Shown here one piece after another: positions 24,874 to 30,962 of a stretch of DNA of 30,962 nucleotides. Each line of letters starts with the position of its first letter. The first letter of the stretch is position 1. This stretch comes from a virus. Taxonomy: Duplodnaviria > Caudoviricetes. Location of the stretch: IMG/VR virus record IMGVR_UViG_3300047480_000799, positions 1 to 30,962 of that record; one strand, written 5' to 3'. The position numbers and the translations under genes are program-made. The notes under the pieces were generated by a model. That model saw only the letters and a program-made list of their open reading frames with translations. It was not told where the DNA came from and ran no database searches.

Positions 24874-25922
24874 ATTTAACAGAAGACCAAAAACAAAAAA
24901 TCCAAGAAGTTTTTAGTAAAACGCCAGATCTCAACGAGATCGTGCGAGTTGTTTTCGAAAATCCAGAACTTGACGGAAGATCTAAAGAAGGGCGCTTAGT
25001 TAGAGCGTATATGATTTCTGCGGGAATGAAGTTTAATACTGCTCGCCGCGAAAAAAAAGAAGACATATCGTTTTCAGAGCAACAAAGAGAGTTTATCATA
25101 GATCAAGCCAACAAAGGCTTGTCTTCTCTAGCTATTGCAGAGCTACTCTTTCCGAAAAAAGAGGTTAAGCCTCTGTCGATGGAACAACGGGCTGTTCACG
25201 CAATAATCAAGGAGCTGAATCCAGACTATTCTCCCTCGGAGGATGTCGAGGCGACTCTTTCGAGTTATGTCGCGCCAAAAGCATTTGGGCGAGTCCTCAA
25301 AAAAATTAATGATGCAACTGGGCATACATTTGAGGAGGAGAAGATTAATAGACAGCTCCGTATTTGTGTGGAGAAACTAGGAATCAATCTTAACAATTCA
25401 CGTTTCGTTAAGATTATGAATAACTATACGTCCAAAGACGATAGGGAGCTTTTTGAGCAAGAATTCATTCGCCTAACATGGGATAAGCCAGATCTTACGT
25501 CTGACGAAATTAACCTATACATGAACGTGTGCAAAGAAATCATCAATCTTGAGGTGATTAGTAAGCATTTGAATAAGCTAAACGATATGTTCGACATTGC
25601 TAACGATCAAGAAGAGATGAGCGTTAGACTTGCGGAGATTATTAAAGCAAAAAGCGGTGAATATCATCAATGCGAAACTCGAATCGAAAACTTGACAAAA
25701 AAACTACAGGGAGATAGAGCTTCAAGGATGCAGAGCAAGCAAAAAGAAAACGCTTCTCTATTGGCTCTTGTTCAATTCTTCCAAGACGAAGAAGAAAGAA
25801 ACAATATGGTCAAAATTGCAGAAATGCAAAAAGAACTTGTCGCTGAAGAAGCTAATAGACTCGAAGGAATGGATGAGTGGAAAGCTCGTATTCTTGGAAT
25901 TTCAAAAGAACATGTCATTTAA
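24870..25922 (+). CDS. Hypothetical helical/coiled-coil protein in the packaging module
   Basis: 350-aa ORF with HTH-like segments; position suggests a terminase-small-subunit-like role (inference). Confidence 0.6.
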   Translation: MNLTEDQKQKIQEVFSKTPDLNEIVRVVFENPELDGRSKEGRLVRAYMISAGMKFNTARREKKEDISFSEQQREFIIDQANKGLSSLAIAELLFPKKEVKPLSMEQRAVHAIIKELNPDYSPSEDVEATLSSYVAPKAFGRVLKKINDATGHTFEEEKINRQLRICVEKLGINLNNSRFVKIMNNYTSKDDRELFEQEFIRLTWDKPDLTSDEINLYMNVCKEIINLEVISKHLNKLNDMFDIANDQEEMSVRLAEIIKAKSGEYHQCETRIENLTKKLQGDRASRMQSKQKENASLLALVQFFQDEEERNNMVKIAEMQKELVAEEANRLEGMDEWKARILGISKEHVI

Positions 25923-26844
25923 CTGTAAAGAATGCAGAGAGTCATTCGACTCGCTAAAAAGCCTTCATCATCATATCAAAAAACACGATATGGTTTTGGG
26001 GGATTACTATGTAAAAAATTATCCGCGCTACAACAAGCTTACTGGTTGCCAAATCCAATTCAAAAATTATGAAGACTACTTTGAAAGAGATTTCGCCAGC
26101 TATGATCAACTAGTAGAATGGTGTGACGTAGCAGACCAAGAAGAAGTTAAAGAATACATTATTTATTTGCTTAAAAAACGCATAGAAAAAAAGGATTTAG
26201 ACTATGGACCATGCACGACAGAGCTATATACCTCAGAACTGCCGCCACTAAGAGTCTATAAGCGTATTTTCGGCAGTTATAAAACAGCTTGTGACCTTTG
26301 TGGCGTAAAACCAATGCTTGGCGCAAACCTTCCAAAAGAATTCCACAAAGACTATCGAGATGTTAAGATATTTATTGACACTAGAGAGCAGCAACCACTC
26401 AAATTTAAGAATTCAGCTCCGCTAAAACTAGATATTGGAGATTACTGCGTAACAAGAGAAAACTTCCAATACACTTATGTAGACAGAAAATCGTTTAATG
26501 ACTTTTGCGGCACTCTATCCACAGAATACAAGCGATTTGTAAGAGAGTTGGAGAGATGCAGACAATCAAATTCTTTTTTGTTTATTGTAGTGGAGAGCAA
26601 TCTTTACAAACTGCGTGATCTGAATAGGTATGCACCTAAAAAATTCAACTTAGACTTCATTTTCCACAATATGAAGCAGTTACAAAGAGATTACCGCGAT
26701 TGTTGTCAGTTTGTTTTCGCTGGTAATAGAAGCAGCAGTCAAATACTGATACCAAAGCTATTGATGCTTGGTCCTAAAATGTGGAATGTGGATGTTCAAT
26801 ACTTTTTGGACATTGGAGAAATGAACTACTTTGATATTAAATAA
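25912..26844 (+). CDS. C2H2 zinc finger + ERCC4-type endonuclease
   Basis: CKEC...LHHHIKKH; IFIDTREQ, LDIGDY and VDRKS..DF ERCC4 motifs. Confidence 0.8.
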   Translation: MSFNCKECRESFDSLKSLHHHIKKHDMVLGDYYVKNYPRYNKLTGCQIQFKNYEDYFERDFASYDQLVEWCDVADQEEVKEYIIYLLKKRIEKKDLDYGPCTTELYTSELPPLRVYKRIFGSYKTACDLCGVKPMLGANLPKEFHKDYRDVKIFIDTREQQPLKFKNSAPLKLDIGDYCVTRENFQYTYVDRKSFNDFCGTLSTEYKRFVRELERCRQSNSFLFIVVESNLYKLRDLNRYAPKKFNLDFIFHNMKQLQRDYRDCCQFVFAGNRSSSQILIPKLLMLGPKMWNVDVQYFLDIGEMNYFDIK

Positions 26845-26846
26845 AT

Positions 26847-29800
26847 ATGGCTTGGGAAAAAGGACATCAAATATTGCATAAGAAATTCGACAAGATCAAC
26901 GAAGAGATCTTGAATACAAAAGGATTTCTTGAAGAAGAAAAGGCTAAAGTTCTCTTGTATAAATTCTTAAAAGAGAATCCATCTTTCACTTCTGAACTTA
27001 TTTCAGGAGTTTCATTGTTCCCTTTCCAACACATGGCAATTAAAGCGATGATGGAGACAGATTACTTCTTGGGGATATGGTGTCTTTCGGAAGATGAATA
27101 TGTACTAACTGAAAATGGGTTCAAAAAAATTAAAGATATTCAAGTTGGTGAAATGGTTCGTTCTCGCGAGCAGCTCAATTTAGTCACAGACAAAAGAATT
27201 AACCCCCTGGAAGATGGACTAGAAATAACCCTGAAATCTGGCGATTCATTTAAGGCTAAAATTGGACATAAAACTCTTATTTTCAGAGATTTTCAGTTTC
27301 AATTCGAAGAGATTCAAAACATTAAAGAAGGAGACGTTGTTCCAGTAAAATTGGGAACAGATGTCTGGGGAAACCAGGATATTTTTAAAGATTTTAATTT
27401 CAAAAACAAGCAGCACTTATTCTACTGGCTGGGATATGTTTTGGGCGATGGTTATATCAATCAAGATGGAGTTCACTATTGCTCGGAAAATTATGAAATT
27501 CAAGAAGCGATCTTGAAATTTACACAAGCTAATGATTTTAAAATGTATGCTCGTCAACGCAGCGCTAATTTAAATTTCTACGAGTATTCAGTATTTAATC
27601 GAGAATTGGTTAAAGCATTAGAATCAATAGGTTGGGATAAATCTCTAAAATCAAAAGATAAACTAATCTGTGATCAAATCTTAGCCGCAGAAAAAGGAAA
27701 TCTATGCGCTTTAATTGGTGGATTATTTGATGCGGATGGATATGCATCTTTTCAACCAAACAATAGTAAAGTGGGATTAAAAAACACATCTCTTCAATTA
27801 TTGCGTCAAGTAAAAATGCTTTTAAATAACTTGGGAGTTGAATCTAATTTGAGGCTTTCTGGGCAAAACAATGATGTGCCTTATTATGATCTAGTATTAA
27901 CAAATGACGCTTCTAGCTTAAAGAAATTTCAAGAAGAAATAGACTTTATTGTTTCTCATAAAAAATCCAATCTTCAAAAAATCATTGATAGATCTAGCTC
28001 AAGAAACTACCAAAATAAACTGATTCCAAGATTTGGACAATTACTAAAAAAAGAAGGTTCACGCGAAAAGCTCTGTGGGAAAAAGGGGCAATGGGGAATA
28101 GATTTTTCTCAAAATGAATTGGATAATCTCCAGGATTTGTCAGAAGATACTAAATATATTATTGATTCAATTAAAGAAGAAAGGGTTGCGTTTTCTGTGG
28201 TAAAAACCATTGCGCCTTGCCAAGTAAGATCAGTAGATATTACTGTAGAAAATGAAGAGTGCTATATCGGCAATGGTATTGTGCATCATAATTCGAGGGG
28301 CCTTTCCAAGTCTTTCACAACTGGTATTTTTGCCGCGATGGACGCTATTTTGAACCAAGGTGTCTATATTGGCATTATATCAAAGTCTTTCCGTCAGAGT
28401 CGAATGATCTTTAACAAGATTGAAGAGATTGCTAAGAGTCCAAAGGCAGCGTTCTTATCGCAATGCATTACAAGAGTAAGCAAATCAAATGACCAATGGG
28501 TAATGGAGATTGGTCGCAGTAAAATCATCGCACTTCCTCTTGGTGACGGTGAAAAACTAAGGGGTTTCCGCTTCCAAAGAATGATTATCGACGAGCTTCT
28601 TTTGATGCCAGAGAAAATTATTAACGAAGTTATTCTTCCGTTCTTGGCCGTTGTAGAAAACCCTACAGAGCGCCAGAAGATTTATGATTTGGAAACAAAG
28701 ATGATTGCGGCAGGAAAGATGAAAGAAGAAGACCGCCACAAATGGCCACATAACAAGATTATTGGATTGTCTTCTGCGTCTTATAAGTTCGAATATCTGT
28801 ATAAGCTTTATCAGCAATACGAAAACCTCATTCTCAATCCATCTAAACAAGATAATGCTCATAGGGTTATTATGCACTTGAGCTACGATTGTGCGCCAAA
28901 ACAATTGTATGATCAAAACCTGTTGGATCAATCGAAAGCTACTATGAGCGAAGCTCAGTTTGAACGAGAGTTTGGCTCTGTCTTTACAGATGATAGCTCT
29001 GGATACTTTAAGGTCAGTAAAATGGCAGCTTGCACCATTCCTGATGGCGAAGGTCAATCTGTGGAAGTGATCGGCGACAAAAACGCTGAGTATATTTTGT
29101 CTTTTGACCCATCTTGGTCTGAAAGCGAAGGTTCTGACGACTTTGCAATGCACGTAATTAAGCTAAATGCTGATAAGCGATCTGGAACGATAGTTCATTC
29201 TTATGCATTAGCTGGCGCAAACCTCAAAAAACATATTGTATACTTTCACTACCTGTATACTCATTTCAATATTACAATGATTGTTGGTGACTACAACGGC
29301 GGCGTTCAGTTTATCAACTCATGCAATGAAAGTGAGATCTTTAAAAAGGCTGGAATACAAATTCAATGTATTGATGTTGATTTCGACGATCCTCAAAACT
29401 ACGCAGTCGATCTTCGTATTGCTCGTAACCAATACAATGTAGAATCAAAGAAAATATGTATTCTCAGAAAGCCTAGCTCTCAATGGATTCGCAGCGCAAA
29501 TGAAATGCTACAAGCAGCCTTCGACCATAAAAAGATTTGGTTCGCTGGCGCTGCTCTTGATGACGATTATTCGCGCCAAAAAGCAGCGGTAATACCTATC
29601 GACGAGCTTTCTTTCTCGCGATACAATGATGATGTAGATTCTTACGCTAAACAAATCGACTTGATCGAGCACTTGAAGGCTACAGTTGATACCACAAAAG
29701 TCCAATGTGCTTTGATTCAAGTTTCTACTACCACAAACGGCTCGCAATCTTTTGATTTGCCGCACAATCTTAAAAAGCAGCGCAATGCTGATAAAGCAAG

Positions 29801-29918
29801 AAAAGACTCTTACTCAGCTCTTGTTCTTGGCAATTGGATGATGAACATATATTTCGATATGATGGCTACTCCGACTGAAAATGTCCAAGCAACATTTGTC
29901 CCAATGTTTGTTGATTAA
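26847..29918 (+). CDS. terL: Terminase large subunit, intein-containing
   Basis: FPFQ motif, spliced Walker A GIW|SRGLSKS, LRGFR, Walker B MIIDE, GLSSA, nuclease LSFDPS..DD and KDSYSAL. Confidence 0.88.
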   Translation: MAWEKGHQILHKKFDKINEEILNTKGFLEEEKAKVLLYKFLKENPSFTSELISGVSLFPFQHMAIKAMMETDYFLGIWCLSEDEYVLTENGFKKIKDIQVGEMVRSREQLNLVTDKRINPLEDGLEITLKSGDSFKAKIGHKTLIFRDFQFQFEEIQNIKEGDVVPVKLGTDVWGNQDIFKDFNFKNKQHLFYWLGYVLGDGYINQDGVHYCSENYEIQEAILKFTQANDFKMYARQRSANLNFYEYSVFNRELVKALESIGWDKSLKSKDKLICDQILAAEKGNLCALIGGLFDADGYASFQPNNSKVGLKNTSLQLLRQVKMLLNNLGVESNLRLSGQNNDVPYYDLVLTNDASSLKKFQEEIDFIVSHKKSNLQKIIDRSSSRNYQNKLIPRFGQLLKKEGSREKLCGKKGQWGIDFSQNELDNLQDLSEDTKYIIDSIKEERVAFSVVKTIAPCQVRSVDITVENEECYIGNGIVHHNSRGLSKSFTTGIFAAMDAILNQGVYIGIISKSFRQSRMIFNKIEEIAKSPKAAFLSQCITRVSKSNDQWVMEIGRSKIIALPLGDGEKLRGFRFQRMIIDELLLMPEKIINEVILPFLAVVENPTERQKIYDLETKMIAAGKMKEEDRHKWPHNKIIGLSSASYKFEYLYKLYQQYENLILNPSKQDNAHRVIMHLSYDCAPKQLYDQNLLDQSKATMSEAQFEREFGSVFTDDSSGYFKVSKMAACTIPDGEGQSVEVIGDKNAEYILSFDPSWSESEGSDDFAMHVIKLNADKRSGTIVHSYALAGANLKKHIVYFHYLYTHFNITMIVGDYNGGVQFINSCNESEIFKKAGIQIQCIDVDFDDPQNYAVDLRIARNQYNVESKKICILRKPSSQWIRSANEMLQAAFDHKKIWFAGAALDDDYSRQKAAVIPIDELSFSRYNDDVDSYAKQIDLIEHLKATVDTTKVQCALIQVSTTTNGSQSFDLPHNLKKQRNADKARKDSYSALVLGNWMMNIYFDMMATPTENVQATFVPMFVD
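27081..28292 (+). mobile_element. Intein (404 aa) with LAGLIDADG endonuclease
   Basis: Starts CLSEDEYV, ends VHHN followed by Ser; LGYVLGDGY and LIGGLFDADGY motifs. Confidence 0.92.
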
Positions 29919-29961
29919 CTTTTAAAGTTAACTTTTGCACTTTTTCGTGTAATATAGAGTA

Positions 29962-30962
29962 ATGGAAAAGCGACATTATAACAAGAAGTCAGACTACTGG
30001 AAAAAGTTCGACAATAAACAAATCCCAATCATGACTTCTAGTCAAAATGACTACGAGCCAGAGCTATGCGGTGAGCCATTTTATGTTTCTGAAGCTTCTG
30101 TTGGCGTATCTTTTGCAAATGATGATTATTCGAGAGTAGAAAGCTCTTCTCGTAGCGGAAGCCGTAAAAACAGAGCTGCATTTACACGCACACACGACCG
30201 CTTTAGCAGCATCCGCAATGGTCTTTTGCCATATAGTTATGCTATGGATGGAGTCAATGTGCGAGAAGCTATTGAACTATGCCAAAAAGCGTATGCTAAT
30301 GTCGCCGTTTTTCGCAATTCTATAGACGTTATGTCGGAATTTGCCAATACAGAGCTGTATTTGGATGGGGGAACGAAAAAAAGCCGTGATTTTTTTGAGC
30401 TGTGGTTTAAAAAGATTAAAATTTGGCATTTGAAAGATCAATTTTTTAGAGAATTCTACAGAAGCGGCAATATTTTCTTTTATAGAGTAGACGGACAGAT
30501 TCAAACAAGCGATTATGCCCCTCTTGTTCAGAAAATTTCAGAAGAACGCCCAACATCGAGCAAAATTCCAATTCGTTATATCCTCCTGAATCCTTTTGAC
30601 ATTGTCGCAAAAAGAGGTTCTAGCTTTGAAACGGGAGCTTATGAGAAAATTTTGTCAGAATATGAGTTGGCTCGACTACAAAACCCAGTTTCCGATGAAG
30701 ATCGAGAAACATTCAATGGTTTGCCGCAAAATGTTAAAGAAGACATTCAAAAAGGCGCTTATTATCAGAATGGTCTAAAAATCAAACTAGATCCAAACAA
30801 GATTATTTTTGTTTTTTACAAGAAACAAGACTACGAACCATTCGCTATTCCTTTTGGCTATCCTGTATTGGAAGACATTAATGCCAAACTTGAACTGAAG
30901 AAGATGGATCAAGCTATTACTCGCACTGTCGAGAATGTAATTTTATTGATTACTATGGGAGC
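29962..30962 (+). CDS. Portal protein (3'-truncated by the window end)
   Basis: Open frame from ATG 29962 (MEKRHYNKKSDYW...); AYANVAVFRNSIDVMSEF and FFREFYRSGNIFFY resemble portal N-termini; follows terL. Confidence 0.72.
   Translation, partial: MEKRHYNKKSDYWKKFDNKQIPIMTSSQNDYEPELCGEPFYVSEASVGVSFANDDYSRVESSSRSGSRKNRAAFTRTHDRFSSIRNGLLPYSYAMDGVNVREAIELCQKAYANVAVFRNSIDVMSEFANTELYLDGGTKKSRDFFELWFKKIKIWHLKDQFFREFYRSGNIFFYRVDGQIQTSDYAPLVQKISEERPTSSKIPIRYILLNPFDIVAKRGSSFETGAYEKILSEYELARLQNPVSDEDRETFNGLPQNVKEDIQKGAYYQNGLKIKLDPNKIIFVFYKKQDYEPFAIPFGYPVLEDINAKLELKKMDQAITRTVENVILLITMG

Noticed and set aside
28557-30778. ORFs 28557-29153, 29508-29765, 30277-30504 and 30596-30778
   Set aside because: Antisense or out-of-frame within terL and portal.

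Overview
This window is a fragment of a large tailed-phage genome (AT-rich, densely packed small ORFs, almost no Shine-Dalgarno motifs). It has three blocks. (1) About 1-12.8 kb, + strand: many small early-type genes, most behind TTGACA promoters, plus a HAD/NIF-type phosphatase, a macrodomain-like protein, a RuvB-like ATPase with an antisense HNH endonuclease inserted in its leader, a YubB/DUF1281-like protein and a tRNA cluster. The cluster has two canonical tRNAs, a D-armless tRNA-Arg(TCT) and a pseudo-tRNA; a 154-nt tRNA-like RNA lies separately at 5.1 kb. (2) About 12.9-21.8 kb, - strand: a modular island in which ten copies of a symmetric 83-bp element (25-bp palindrome / 8 nt / GC hairpin with an orientation-flipping triloop / 8 nt / 25-bp palindrome) delimit cassettes of small, individually promoted, apparently leaderless genes. 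These include two GP88 paralogues, each followed by an 18-19 aa hydrophobic peptide, plus SprT-like and SH3/WYL_2-like proteins. (3) About 22-31 kb, + strand: late/packaging module with PhoH, a phage sigma factor, a zinc-finger/ERCC4 nuclease, an intein-containing terminase large subunit and a truncated portal gene; several of these genes have GTGTAA exactly 9 nt before the ATG. The repeat-delimited cassette island is the best candidate for an undescribed system. All product calls come from motif recognition by eye, not database searches.
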